64,000 nt of DNA from Bacillota bacterium (lineage in GTDB: Bacteria > Bacillota > Clostridia > TANB77 > CAG-465), in the NCBI GenBank assembly GCA_023460235.1, contig JAEWRE010000039.1, forward strand, positions 116,820 through 180,819, written 5' to 3'. The notes below the pieces were generated by a model that made no database searches, had not been told where the DNA came from, and was given only the letters and a program-made list of their open reading frames with translations. Positions 1 through 9,989 of the stretch are shown here, piece after piece. The translations under genes and the position numbers were made by a program. The stretch's first letter is position 1. Each line of letters opens with the position of its first letter.

Positions 1-39
1 ATTTTCCATAAAACATTTAAAACTTTCACTTATACTCAT
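1..39 (-). CDS. 5' end of a minus-strand CDS that runs off the window (N-terminus MSISESFKCFMEN...)
   Basis: ATG at 37-39 (rc) with the reading frame open to the window edge. Identity unknown. Confidence 0.25.
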   Translation of the reverse strand, partial: MSISESFKCFMEN

Positions 40-138
40 AAAATACCTCCTTTTTTTGAATTATATCACTTTTTAAAATTAAAGTATATATATCTGGATT
101 TATTTTATAAATTAATACTATTATATATTTTTTAATAT

Positions 139-172
139 TGCAAAGGTCAATAATATATGTTATACTCTTAAG
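139..172 (+). promoter_or_regulatory. Putative sigma-A promoter for hpt (TTGCAA -35, 17 nt spacer, TATACT -10)
   Basis: Hexamers read directly, about 10 nt upstream of the hpt start region. Confidence 0.35.
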
Positions 173-178
173 AATAAA

Positions 179-712
179 TTGAGGGTGATACAAATGAATG
201 AAAAAGTACTTTTTACAGCGAAAGAAATTGATGATAACTTAGAAGTAATGGCTAAACAAATTGATAACTATATATCTACTATCCCAATAAACGAAAGAGA
301 AAACATTATATTTATTGGTTTGCTTTCTGGTTGCATACATTTTGTTAGTGATCTTACGAGAAAAATACAGTCTGATCATAAATTAGCATTTATAAAAGCT
401 AGTAGTTATTTAAACAATTCCAGAGGAGATTTAACTTTAGACATGAATATTAGCAGTGTTAAAAATAATCATGTAATAATACTTGACGATATATGCGATA
501 CTGGTATAACATTAAATGCTGTTGTAAATAAATTAAATCAAGATGGACCTTTATCAATAAAAACTTGTGTTTTAATAAATAAATTAATTGATAACAAAAA
601 TCATACTCCTGATTTTAAAGTTTTTGATATTGAAAATGTATTTATTTATGGATACGGTCTAGATTATAACGAGTATAAAAGAAATTTAAAAGATATAAGA
701 ATTAAAATATAA
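179..712 (+). CDS. hpt: Hypoxanthine-guanine phosphoribosyltransferase
   Basis: 177 aa. Type I PRTase PRPP loop (VIILDDICDTGITL) and C-terminal GYGLDY motif, as in HprT. Confidence 0.8.
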   Translation: MRVIQMNEKVLFTAKEIDDNLEVMAKQIDNYISTIPINERENIIFIGLLSGCIHFVSDLTRKIQSDHKLAFIKASSYLNNSRGDLTLDMNISSVKNNHVIILDDICDTGITLNAVVNKLNQDGPLSIKTCVLINKLIDNKNHTPDFKVFDIENVFIYGYGLDYNEYKRNLKDIRIKI

Positions 713-816
713 ACAAATAGCCTTAGATAAAAAATCTCAGGCTATTTTCAAAATTTCTAAATTAATAATCATGTTATATCTATAATAATATTATTTTATT
801 TATATTTAAATGCACA

Positions 817-1356
817 TTAATGTTTCTCATTAACTTCTAAAATAGAAAATATATCATCATTATTTAGTTCTTTAATATTTATAAAGGCTCCAATACCTGC
901 AACAATTCCTCCAAGGCTTTCTATACCATTTACCATAGCTTTTATAGTATTTCCTGTTGCATATATGTCATCTATAATGTAGAATTTTTTCTTATCATAT
1001 ACATCATCAATAATTTTGGGAAAGCATAGTATATCTTTACCATATTCTTTTTCGTATTCTACTTGTAATTCAATTGTGCTAGGTGGTAATTTATTCTTTT
1101 TTCTTACTGGTATAAACGGGATATCTAATATTGCTGATACTGGACTACCAAGTAAAAAACCTCTTGCTTCAGGGGAAATTATATAATCAATATTTTTATC
1201 CTTAATTTCATTTATAAATTCATTAATTATATCTTTATAAATTTTAGAATTGGTAAAAATTGTATTAATATCAATGAATTCTATCCCTTTTACAGGGAAA
1301 TCCATTTCGGTTCTTAATTTTAAATCATATTCTAATCTAGTTTTTATTATTTTCAT
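817..1356 (-). CDS. apt: Adenine phosphoribosyltransferase
   Basis: 179 aa. PEARGF...PVRKK..KLP and IIDDIYATGNTI motifs collinear with Apt. Confidence 0.7.
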   Translation of the reverse strand: MKIIKTRLEYDLKLRTEMDFPVKGIEFIDINTIFTNSKIYKDIINEFINEIKDKNIDYIISPEARGFLLGSPVSAILDIPFIPVRKKNKLPPSTIELQVEYEKEYGKDILCFPKIIDDVYDKKKFYIIDDIYATGNTIKAMVNGIESLGGIVAGIGAFINIKELNNDDIFSILEVNEKH

Positions 1357-1409
1357 AAAATCGCCTCATTAACATTATATCATAAAACAAATAAATATGA
1401 CATTTCGCA

Positions 1410-1447
1410 ATAAAAAAAGGAATAACCATGTGCACTTTAGTTATTCC
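1410..1447 (-). terminator. Rho-independent terminator (hairpin GGAATAAC/GTTATTCC plus T7 on the minus strand)
   Basis: Inverted repeat followed by a T-run, immediately 3' of the 98-aa minus-strand ORF. Confidence 0.55.
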
Positions 1448-1457
1448 CTTTTACTAT

Positions 1458-1754
1458 TTATTCGTCTCCTATATAATCTAATGCAATTTTGATTTCATCA
1501 AAGATTTTTTGTACAAAAGCAATAATTGTATCTTTATTAACTATATATTTGGAAAATGATGGTAAAATATCGTCTATTTTTTGTATGACATAATTAAATT
1601 TTTCTGAATTTTTACCATACTCAAATATTTCTTCTGCTTCAACTATTAACTTTATAGCTGCTTCTCTTATACCTTGTTTTTTTGCAGTAACATAGAAATT
1701 AAAAGCAAAAAATACTACTATTATAGCAAGTACAAATATTATTAATATATTCAT
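1458..1754 (-). CDS. Small membrane protein (one N-terminal TM helix)
   Basis: 98 aa with a hydrophobic N-terminus. No recognisable domain. Confidence 0.4.
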   Translation of the reverse strand: MNILIIFVLAIIVVFFAFNFYVTAKKQGIREAAIKLIVEAEEIFEYGKNSEKFNYVIQKIDDILPSFSKYIVNKDTIIAFVQKIFDEIKIALDYIGDE

Positions 1755-1925
1755 GTATAATCAACTCCTTTCTATGTATATTAAAAAAATGAAATGAGTT
1801 ATCATACACTAATATTATATGCAAAAAAATATATTGTTGTTTTATGTAATATCAACACTATTAGCGTTATTTATATAACTGTATAATTGTTTTAATTTAA
1901 TTACTAATAGTGTATCATAATATAA

Positions 1926-2258
1926 ATGGATGGTGATAATTTGGAAGACAAAATAATAAACAAAAAATTATTTGGAAAGAAAATAAAAGAAGCAAGGGAT
2001 AGACTTGGGTTTACGCAATTTGAATTAGCAGAAAAGATTGGTGTCTCTCAAAATTTCTTAGGAGACATTGAAAGAGGTATAAAACTTCCTAGTTTAAATA
2101 CTTTAATACAATTATCAAATATATTAAAGCTTAGCTTAGATTCTATGTTTTCTGACTCTTTAAATAATATTGTCGCTGAGCCTGAAGATTTATATTATAC
2201 TGATAGACAATTAACTATTATGAAAAATATAATAAAAACTATTAATGATAATTTCTAA
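1926..2258 (+). CDS. XRE-family helix-turn-helix transcriptional regulator
   Basis: 110 aa with an HTH signature (FTQFELAEKIGVSQNFLGDIERG). Confidence 0.6.
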   Translation: MDGDNLEDKIINKKLFGKKIKEARDRLGFTQFELAEKIGVSQNFLGDIERGIKLPSLNTLIQLSNILKLSLDSMFSDSLNNIVAEPEDLYYTDRQLTIMKNIIKTINDNF

Positions 2259-2324
2259 TATATATATATTCCTATACATAAATATCACCTCTAAACTTTA
2301 TAAGTTAGAGGTGATATTTAATAT

Positions 2325-3101
2325 TTAATTTTCCTTTATCTTAAAAAAGTTTATAGCATTTTTATATACTTTTTCAGATACATAATCTTGATCCATTTCT
2401 TTATATTCAGAAAGTTTTTTACAAATAATTGGCAAGTTAGCAGATGTATTTATAGTTCCTCTATATGGAACTGGTGAAAGATATGGAGCATCAGTTTCTA
2501 TTACAATTTTTTCAATAGGTATTTGCTTTATATATCTTCCAAAGCTTTCATTTCTTTTATATGTTATATTTCCACCAAAAGCAACTTTATAATTATCATT
2601 ATTTAGCACTAATCTAACCAAATCATCACTTGGCTGAAAACAATGAAATAACGCACCATATTCAGGTCTATTTTCTTTTATAATGTTATATGTGTCTAAA
2701 GATGCATCCCTAGAATGAATAACTATAGGTAGTTTAAGTGAATTAGCAAGTTCAATCTGATCAATAAAAAGATCCGCCTGAGCTAACTTATTATCACTTA
2801 CAAAAGCATAATCAAGTCCAATCTCACCTATTGCTACTATTTTTTTATCAGTATTAGCTTGATATATATCGTATATATCTATTGCCTTATCTTTATCTAC
2901 ATCATGAGGATGTACACCAATTGCACAATAAATATAGTCATATTTTTCCGATAATTCTAAGCTTTTTTCTGAACTTAATTTATCATATCCTATATTTACT
3001 ATATATTCAACTCCAACTTTTTTACATTCATCTAACACTTTATCTAAGTTGTCTTTATATGCATCATCATTATAATGTGCATGTGTATCAATATATCTCA
3101 T
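2325..3101 (-). CDS. TatD-family metal-dependent hydrolase/DNase
   Basis: 258 aa. Begins IDTHAHY, with the His/Asp ladder typical of the TatD amidohydrolase fold. Confidence 0.75.
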   Translation of the reverse strand: MRYIDTHAHYNDDAYKDNLDKVLDECKKVGVEYIVNIGYDKLSSEKSLELSEKYDYIYCAIGVHPHDVDKDKAIDIYDIYQANTDKKIVAIGEIGLDYAFVSDNKLAQADLFIDQIELANSLKLPIVIHSRDASLDTYNIIKENRPEYGALFHCFQPSDDLVRLVLNNDNYKVAFGGNITYKRNESFGRYIKQIPIEKIVIETDAPYLSPVPYRGTINTSANLPIICKKLSEYKEMDQDYVSEKVYKNAINFFKIKEN

Positions 3102-3112
3102 GATTCCCTCCC

Positions 3113-4492
3113 CTACATTTTGGTTGGAAGTGCAACTATTACCTCTGTACCAACATCTACTGTACTTTTTATATCTATTGTTCCGTTATTTCCATCAACC
3201 ATTTCTTTTACAATTGAAAGACCAAGTCCTGTTCCACCCATTTTTCTAGATCTAGCTTTATCAACTCTATAAAATCTTTCAAATATTCTTCCCAAATCAT
3301 CTGCTGGTATTCCAATACCATTATCTATTACTTTTATATATACACTTTCATTTACTGAACCAACATAAACTTTTATCTCTCCTCCCTCAGGAGTGTACTT
3401 AATACTGTTACTTATAATATTCATTATTACTTGTTCAATTGAATCTTTATCAGCATATACATTTGGTGTATCCATAATAGTATTAAATTCTAGTTTATGT
3501 CCTTTTTCCTCAGCAGAATATTTCATTTTTTCACAAACAACTTTAGCTAATTGATTAAGAGAAAACATTGTCTTTTTCATAGTAACTCTCTTATAATCAA
3601 ATCTAGAAAGCTGTAATAAGTCAGATACTAGCCTGTCCATTCTATTTGCTTCTTGATTTATTACTTTTGAAAACTTAAATATTTCTTGATATGTTAAATC
3701 ACCATTCATTATAGTTTCAGAATATCCTTTTATTGATGTAAGCGGTGTTTTAAGCTCATGAGAAACATTTGCTACAAATTCTTTTCTCATATTATCAAGT
3801 TTTACATTTTCAGTTATATTTTTAATCATCATTATAACGCCCATTGGACTTAATTTATCACTAAAAAATGGTAAGAATACTATATTTAAAACATTATCAT
3901 CAAAATTAGTTTTAGCCTCTATACTTCTATAATTAGGCAAATACATTATTTTATCAAAATCAAGTTTTATGCCTAATTTATTTGTTATCTTCTCAAAAGT
4001 ATCATCAGTTAGCTCTATACCAAGCAGGTCCATTGCAGATTTATTCATATGAACTACTTGTTTTGATATAGAGAAAGCTACAACGCCATCATCTATATGT
4101 TCAAGTATTATTTCTGTTTTACTTTGCTGACTATTTAGATCAAAGTGATTCTTTCTTATAACACCCATCATGGCAGAGTATGACTCAATCATATCACTTA
4201 ACTCAGCAAACTTATTATATTCTTTAAAATATTTAGTGTCATTAATTTTTCCATCTGCTACATTTTTCATACTTTTTTCTATTTTTTTTATTGGAAAAAT
4301 AATTATTCTTGAAAGTATATTAGCTACAATAGCAAAAACTACACACATAGTTAAAAGAATAATTATATTATTTATATCAAATATATTACTAATATTAATA
4401 ACTTTCGAAGATAGAATTATAGTAGTTATATATACTATAACTACTATCGCAATACTAAGAAAGATTATACTACCTTTTATAGATTTTTTCAT
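3113..4492 (-). CDS. Sensor histidine kinase (TM, PAS-like, HisKA, HATPase_c)
   Basis: 459 aa. H-box VSHELKTPLTSIKGY and G-boxes DNGIGI / GGTGLGLSIVK. Confidence 0.8.
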   Translation of the reverse strand: MKKSIKGSIIFLSIAIVVIVYITTIILSSKVINISNIFDINNIIILLTMCVVFAIVANILSRIIIFPIKKIEKSMKNVADGKINDTKYFKEYNKFAELSDMIESYSAMMGVIRKNHFDLNSQQSKTEIILEHIDDGVVAFSISKQVVHMNKSAMDLLGIELTDDTFEKITNKLGIKLDFDKIMYLPNYRSIEAKTNFDDNVLNIVFLPFFSDKLSPMGVIMMIKNITENVKLDNMRKEFVANVSHELKTPLTSIKGYSETIMNGDLTYQEIFKFSKVINQEANRMDRLVSDLLQLSRFDYKRVTMKKTMFSLNQLAKVVCEKMKYSAEEKGHKLEFNTIMDTPNVYADKDSIEQVIMNIISNSIKYTPEGGEIKVYVGSVNESVYIKVIDNGIGIPADDLGRIFERFYRVDKARSRKMGGTGLGLSIVKEMVDGNNGTIDIKSTVDVGTEVIVALPTKM

Positions 4493-4511
4493 AACTTTCT
4501 CCTAATATTAA

Positions 4512-5213
4512 TTAATCTGCAATAAAATATCCCATTCCTCTTTTAGTTTGTATATATTTAGGATCCGCAGTATTTTTTTCTATTTTTTCTCTAAGTCTTC
4601 TGATAGTAACGTCTACAGTTCTTACATCACCATAGAAATCGTAACCCCAAACACCTCTTAAAATTTGTTCTCTAGTAAATACTTGATTAGGATTAGCAGA
4701 TAACATTTTTAAAAGTTCAAATTCTTTTATTGTTAAATCAATAACTTTTTCATCTATTATTGCAATATATCTTTCAGGGTCAATAGTCATATCCTTAATT
4801 TTCATTCTTGTTTTTGATTGTTTTTTCTCTTCTTGTCTTTCAAATAAAACTTGTTTTCTAAGATTTGCTTTAACTCTTGCAATAACTTCTCTGATACTAA
4901 ATGGTTTTGTCATGTAATCATCTGCGCCAAGTTCTAAACCAATAATTTTATCAACAACTTCTTCTTTTGCCGTAAGCATAATAATAGGGCAAGTCAATGT
5001 TTTCCTAATTTCCTTGCAAACATTAAATCCATCAATCTTAGGAAGCATTACATCTAGAAGAATTAAGTCAGGATTAATAGATACCGCAAGCTGTATTGCT
5101 TCTTCTCCATCGTATGCAACACTGGTTGCAAACCCTTCTTTCTCTAGATTAAACTTCAAGATATCTACAATTGGTTTTTCATCATCTACAATTAAAATCC
5201 TCTTTTCGTTCAT
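4512..5213 (-). CDS. OmpR-family response regulator
   Basis: 233 aa. Receiver domain (ILIVDDE...D) plus winged-helix C-terminus. Lies immediately upstream of the kinase in the same operon. Confidence 0.85.
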   Translation of the reverse strand: MNEKRILIVDDEKPIVDILKFNLEKEGFATSVAYDGEEAIQLAVSINPDLILLDVMLPKIDGFNVCKEIRKTLTCPIIMLTAKEEVVDKIIGLELGADDYMTKPFSIREVIARVKANLRKQVLFERQEEKKQSKTRMKIKDMTIDPERYIAIIDEKVIDLTIKEFELLKMLSANPNQVFTREQILRGVWGYDFYGDVRTVDVTIRRLREKIEKNTADPKYIQTKRGMGYFIAD

Positions 5214-5357
5214 ATATTTTCACCCCATATTATTTCAATAATGACATTATACCATGTAAATTTTTTTTTTGCTATATTTTTTAAAAATATTTTCATTTTT
5301 TTGTAATATTTTTGTAATTATTGTATAAATCATTAGATTTGCGCTAAAAATAGCTAT

Positions 5358-6146
5358 TTATTGCTTAACTATAAATTTTAAATTACAATCAGAAGGCAAT
5401 ATTTTTTTACAGTTTTCTTCAAAGTTGTTTCTATAATCACTCATAATAATGTGTACAATATTTTCTTTTTGATTATTATCTATATTTTTTATTTCAAGCC
5501 ATTCTTTATTCTTATTAAGATTAACAAATGCATTTCCAGCATCAATTATTTTTATATCAGGAAGCCTGTTTAATATGTATTTTTCTAATAAAATATAGTG
5601 TGTACAACCAAGAATAACAGTATCAATAAGACCATTATATTTTTCTACATATTTATTTACAGTATTTTGTATATATTCTTCATCACTTATATTATTTTCT
5701 ATAATATTTACGAATTCACTACAACCTTCTTTATATATTTTCAGATTTGAATACTTCTCTCTTATTCTATTTTCAAAAACGCCCTTCTTAATTGTAGCAG
5801 GCGTAGCGAGTAATAATACTGAATTATTTTTCGAACTATCCATATAGCTAACAATGGGATCAATTATATTATGAACTTGTTTAATTTTGTTGTTTTCATT
5901 AAATATAAAACTATTTGATATAGAGCTTAATGTTCCACATGCACATACACATTCATTTACTTTAACTTTTTCAAGTTCATTAATTATATTTGAACCTATT
6001 TTCTCTAACTCAGAATAATCTTTTTCACCATATGGATTATTTTTCAAATCAGCATAATAAAAATATTCATGATATGGATACTTTAATATTAAATCCTTTA
6101 ATACTGTTATGCCACCAAGACCTGAGTCAAACACTCCAATTTTCAT
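5358..6146 (-). CDS. murI: Glutamate racemase
   Basis: 262 aa with MKIGVFDSGLGG and the two catalytic Cys regions (CACGT...GCTHY). Confidence 0.8.
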   Translation of the reverse strand: MKIGVFDSGLGGITVLKDLILKYPYHEYFYYADLKNNPYGEKDYSELEKIGSNIINELEKVKVNECVCACGTLSSISNSFIFNENNKIKQVHNIIDPIVSYMDSSKNNSVLLLATPATIKKGVFENRIREKYSNLKIYKEGCSEFVNIIENNISDEEYIQNTVNKYVEKYNGLIDTVILGCTHYILLEKYILNRLPDIKIIDAGNAFVNLNKNKEWLEIKNIDNNQKENIVHIIMSDYRNNFEENCKKILPSDCNLKFIVKQ

Positions 6147-6217
6147 TTTATAGTCCTCCCTATATAACTACTTTTTAATTAAGTAATTATTTATACATTA
6201 AAATATTAAATATTATA

Positions 6218-6250
6218 AAAAAAGTGGAGAAAATATATATTCTCCGCCCT
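6218..6250 (-). terminator. Rho-independent terminator downstream of recR
   Basis: GGAGAA/TTCTCC hairpin followed by a T-run on the minus strand. Confidence 0.45.
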
Positions 6251-6842
6251 ACATTTCTCTTCTACCTTCTAATGCTTTTATCAATGTAATTTCATCAGTA
6301 TACTCTAAATCTCCGCCAACTGGTATCCCATGTGCTATTCTAGTAACAATAATCCCAAGTGGCTTTATAAGTCTTGAAATATACATAGCAGTAGCTTCAC
6401 CTTCAACAGTTGGATTAGTTGCAAGGATTACTTCTTTTATTGATTCATCTTTTAATCTTTCAAGTAATTCTTTTACTTTTATATCACCAGCAGTAATATT
6501 ATTCATTGGAGATATTGAGCCATGTAACACATGATAGTATCCTTTATATTCATGAGTTTTTTCCATTGCAATCACATCTTTTACATTTTCAACTACACAA
6601 ATAATCGAATTATCTCTTTTTGGATTAGAACAGATGTCACAAGGATCTTTTTCCGTAATATTATAGCACTTTGAACAAAATCTAACATTGTTCTTAGCCT
6701 TTATTAAAGTTTCTGCCATTTCCTCTGCCACACTAATTGGTGATTCCAATACATAAAATGCAAGTCTGACAGCAGTCTTATGACCAATTCCAGGCAATTT
6801 TTCAAATTGATTGATTAGTTTTGTTACAGTTTCTGAATACAT
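6249..6842 (-). CDS. recR: Recombination protein RecR
   Basis: 197 aa. HhH ([13 protein letters not shown]), C4 zinc finger and Toprim. Confidence 0.85.
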   Translation of the reverse strand: MYSETVTKLINQFEKLPGIGHKTAVRLAFYVLESPISVAEEMAETLIKAKNNVRFCSKCYNITEKDPCDICSNPKRDNSIICVVENVKDVIAMEKTHEYKGYYHVLHGSISPMNNITAGDIKVKELLERLKDESIKEVILATNPTVEGEATAMYISRLIKPLGIIVTRIAHGIPVGGDLEYTDEITLIKALEGRREM

Positions 6843-6850
6843 ATATCTAC

Positions 6851-7207
6851 CTAGAATAATCCTGGAACGTTAAATTGTCCAAGTTCAGCTTGCATCATAG
6901 AATCAGCTTTATTCAATGCTTCATTTACGGCAGTTAGTATTAAATCTTGTAGCATATCAATATCATCTTTATCCACAACTTCAGGTTTAATTATAATTTG
7001 TTTTATAACTTTATCTCCTGTAGCCTTAACAATTACAGCACCGCCACCTGCTGAAGTTTCAATTTCTTTTTTTGATACCTCTTCTTGCTTTAATTGCATG
7101 TCTTGTTGCATTTTTTGTGCTTGTTTTAACATATTTTGCATGTTTCCAAAGCCGCCACCGCCACCTGGAAATCCTCCAAATTTACCCATATTAATCTCCC
7201 CTTTCAA
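6851..7207 (-). CDS. ybaB: Nucleoid-associated protein YbaB/EbfC
   Basis: 118 aa with a Gly-rich N-terminus and conserved MLQDL...A.NEAL. The classic dnaX-ybaB-recR order is present. Confidence 0.85.
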   Translation of the reverse strand: MKGEINMGKFGGFPGGGGGFGNMQNMLKQAQKMQQDMQLKQEEVSKKEIETSAGGGAVIVKATGDKVIKQIIIKPEVVDKDDIDMLQDLILTAVNEALNKADSMMQAELGQFNVPGLF

Positions 7208-7245
7208 TGTTTACTAAACAATTATAATATATTTGATCATATTTT

Positions 7246-8820
7246 TCAATCAATATTTACATAATCAACATTGTTTTCATTAAATAATTTTTCTACTTTA
7301 CATACATTGTCTTCATTTTTATCATTAAGTTCTGCTCTAACAGACAAATCCAGTTCAAAATTTTCATAAAATATTGACTTAATTGACTCTATACTCTCTT
7401 GCAATTTTAAAATGTTATATGCAAATGAATTAGATGAAATTACTATTGCCAAATTGCCAGATACATATATATCAGCACTAGCAAGTGCAGAATACAATTT
7501 TATTTTTCCACTTTCAACTATAATTTTCTTTAGTTCATCTATCTTATCAAATTTTCTAACATCTGCTGTTGCAGAAGATTTTATAGAATCACTATTTTTG
7601 GTTTCAGATCTTCTTATATTGCTTGGTTCTTGAGCAACAATATTAGATGTAATTGCAGTAGCAGAGTTCTGCTCATTATTACCAATGCCAGTTGCAATTT
7701 TTGATTCAATATTTGATATTCTTTTCTTTATATTTTCAATATCAGTATTTTCTACTAAATTTTCATAGTCTTTAGAAATAACTGTATTATTTGAACTAAT
7801 GTTATTATTACATAATTCAACCAAACAACTTTTAAACACTATTTCTGGCCTTGCTGTTAAACGTAAATCATTATCAAGTTTTGAAAATTTATCTATTATT
7901 CCAACATATCTTGAAATCTCATTACTATCTTTCAATTTTATTAATTTATCTAAAAATTCGTTAGTTAATTGATATGCGAGTTGTCTTAAGTCTTTACCTT
8001 TTTGAATTATTTTATCCACACTATTAACAACCAAAATAGCATCTAAGTTTAAAATTCCATCAACCATTTCTGAAATTAATTTTGTGTCAATAGCACCAAC
8101 TATTTCTTCAACCTTCGATTGCTCTAATACATCGGATTGCTCTGATATGCATCTATCTGCAATGCTAAGTGCATCCCTTAGCCCACCATCAGCAAGTCTA
8201 GCAATATATTTAATTGCTTCTTCTTCATATTTTATATTTTCTTCATCAAGTACAAATTTAACTCTATTAACTATGTCTATTTCAGATATCTTTGAAAAAT
8301 CAAAACGCAGACATCTTGAAAGTATAGTAACAGGAATTTTGTGTTGTTCTGTAGTTGCAAGTATAAATACTACATTTTCTGGTGGCTCTTCTAAAGTTTT
8401 TAATAAAGCATTAAATGCACTTGTTGTAAGCATATGTGCTTCATCTATTATATATACTCTATACTTAACATCAATTGTTGCATAAACAACTTCTTGGCGT
8501 ATTTGTCTAATGTTTTCTACACTATTGTTTGAAGCCGCGTCCATTTCAACAACATCTGTTATATTACCAGATATTATTCCCTTACATACGCTGCATTCAT
8601 TACATGGCTCACCGTCTATCGGATTCAAACAATTAATAGCTCTTGCAAAAACTTTAGCAGCACTTGTTTTACCAGTTCCTCTACTACCACTAAAAATATA
8701 TGCATGTGATATTTTATTTGATTTAATCTGATTTTTAAGTATCCTAGTAACATTTTCTTGCCCAACTATACCATTAAAGTTATATGGTCTATATTTTCTA
8801 TATAATGCCATATATGCCAT
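7246..8820 (-). CDS. dnaX: DNA polymerase III subunit gamma/tau
   Basis: AAA+ clamp-loader motifs (GSRGTGKTS, zinc module CxxC...CxxC, SRC). The true start is MAYMALYRKYRP at ~8820. The ORF-track extension to 8958 overlaps the SRP RNA and is not coding. Confidence 0.85.
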   Translation of the reverse strand: MAYMALYRKYRPYNFNGIVGQENVTRILKNQIKSNKISHAYIFSGSRGTGKTSAAKVFARAINCLNPIDGEPCNECSVCKGIISGNITDVVEMDAASNNSVENIRQIRQEVVYATIDVKYRVYIIDEAHMLTTSAFNALLKTLEEPPENVVFILATTEQHKIPVTILSRCLRFDFSKISEIDIVNRVKFVLDEENIKYEEEAIKYIARLADGGLRDALSIADRCISEQSDVLEQSKVEEIVGAIDTKLISEMVDGILNLDAILVVNSVDKIIQKGKDLRQLAYQLTNEFLDKLIKLKDSNEISRYVGIIDKFSKLDNDLRLTARPEIVFKSCLVELCNNNISSNNTVISKDYENLVENTDIENIKKRISNIESKIATGIGNNEQNSATAITSNIVAQEPSNIRRSETKNSDSIKSSATADVRKFDKIDELKKIIVESGKIKLYSALASADIYVSGNLAIVISSNSFAYNILKLQESIESIKSIFYENFELDLSVRAELNDKNEDNVCKVEKLFNENNVDYVNID

Positions 8821-8845
8821 GTTTATCACCTCATACAAAATTACA

Positions 8846-8930
8846 CCAAACACATAGAGTGGGTTGTTTATTGCTGCTTCCTTCCGGATCTGACAAGGTT
8901 CACAATACTCTATTGTCTGGTGTATGATTA
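8846..8930 (-). ncRNA. ffs: Small SRP RNA (4.5S/scRNA-type)
   Basis: The minus strand reads ...GUCAGAUCCGGAAGGAAGCAGC... (conserved domain IV motif), with flanking helix ATAGAGT/ACTCTAT. Lies upstream of dnaX as in Bacillus and Clostridia. Higher GC than surroundings. Confidence 0.7.
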
Positions 8931-9000
8931 TTATACAATAAATATAATAAAAAATCAAGTAAAAATAAAATTATAAAGTATTTATACGCCGTTTATACTA

Positions 9001-9681
9001 TTATTTTATATAAAATCTATAATTATTTACATCTTCTCTTATAACGCTTATACCGTTGCTTAAAAGTTCTTCAGAAGGAATGTCAAGTTTGAATTTGCAA
9101 ACATTAACTTTACCAGTTGAATCAACAATATTTAAACTAAAGTTTAATTTGAAGTTTACTTCACTTATTTTTATACCTAGTGTATTAAGTAAAGTACCAT
9201 CAAATGTAACAGCAGAAGTATTATCCGGTAAGTTAGCATTAGTAAGAAAATTACTGTTTATAACATTTAATTGTATTAAATATTGTCCATCTCTATCTAC
9301 AGGATATATATCTATTTTCTTTATTTCATTAATATTTTGTTTTTCTTTATCACTTTCTGAAATAAATATATTACCTTTTTTTTCAGGGCCTTTAATTGAT
9401 ATATTATCAATATATATACTTTGTGCCTCACTATCTTTTGCAACTAATATTGAAATTTGATTTTCCTGAGAAGCATTAAATTTAATATCTGATATAGCGC
9501 TAGCAGTCGTTTCACTTTGTATTTCCTCAGTATTTACAACAGATTTTACTATTAAGTCATTTACTCTAAAAACTCCTTGATTTATTTTACCTGTATTATC
9601 AAGTACAAGCTTTGATACTATTACAATTAGAGCAACAGCTATAATAATTATTAAAAATGGAATAAACTTATTTTTTTTCAT
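9001..9681 (-). CDS. Membrane-anchored extracytoplasmic protein of unknown function
   Basis: 226 aa. N-terminal signal-anchor (FLIIIIAVALIVIV). The rest is Asn/Ser-rich. Confidence 0.4.
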   Translation of the reverse strand: MKKNKFIPFLIIIIAVALIVIVSKLVLDNTGKINQGVFRVNDLIVKSVVNTEEIQSETTASAISDIKFNASQENQISILVAKDSEAQSIYIDNISIKGPEKKGNIFISESDKEKQNINEIKKIDIYPVDRDGQYLIQLNVINSNFLTNANLPDNTSAVTFDGTLLNTLGIKISEVNFKLNFSLNIVDSTGKVNVCKFKLDIPSEELLSNGISVIREDVNNYRFYIK

Positions 9682-9989
9682 TAGAAACCTCCATCTATAC
9701 TAACTAATTATACAACAACATTCATAAAAACACAACATGTAAAATATATTTTATATAAGAGGTGTTGATATGAATAATTTTTTTAATGGTAATTTTAATC
9801 TTTTCAATAACTCTGATTGTGACCTAGATATAAATAAATTACTCGTAATTTTACTTCTACTTACTGGACAATTAGAAATAGAAGCAATACATGTATACAG
9901 GAATAACTTTATAGTTTCACTTGGAACTTTCCCAAATGCTAGCTTGTTATAAAAATAGCTAAACTATTAAATTATAGTTTAGCTATTTT

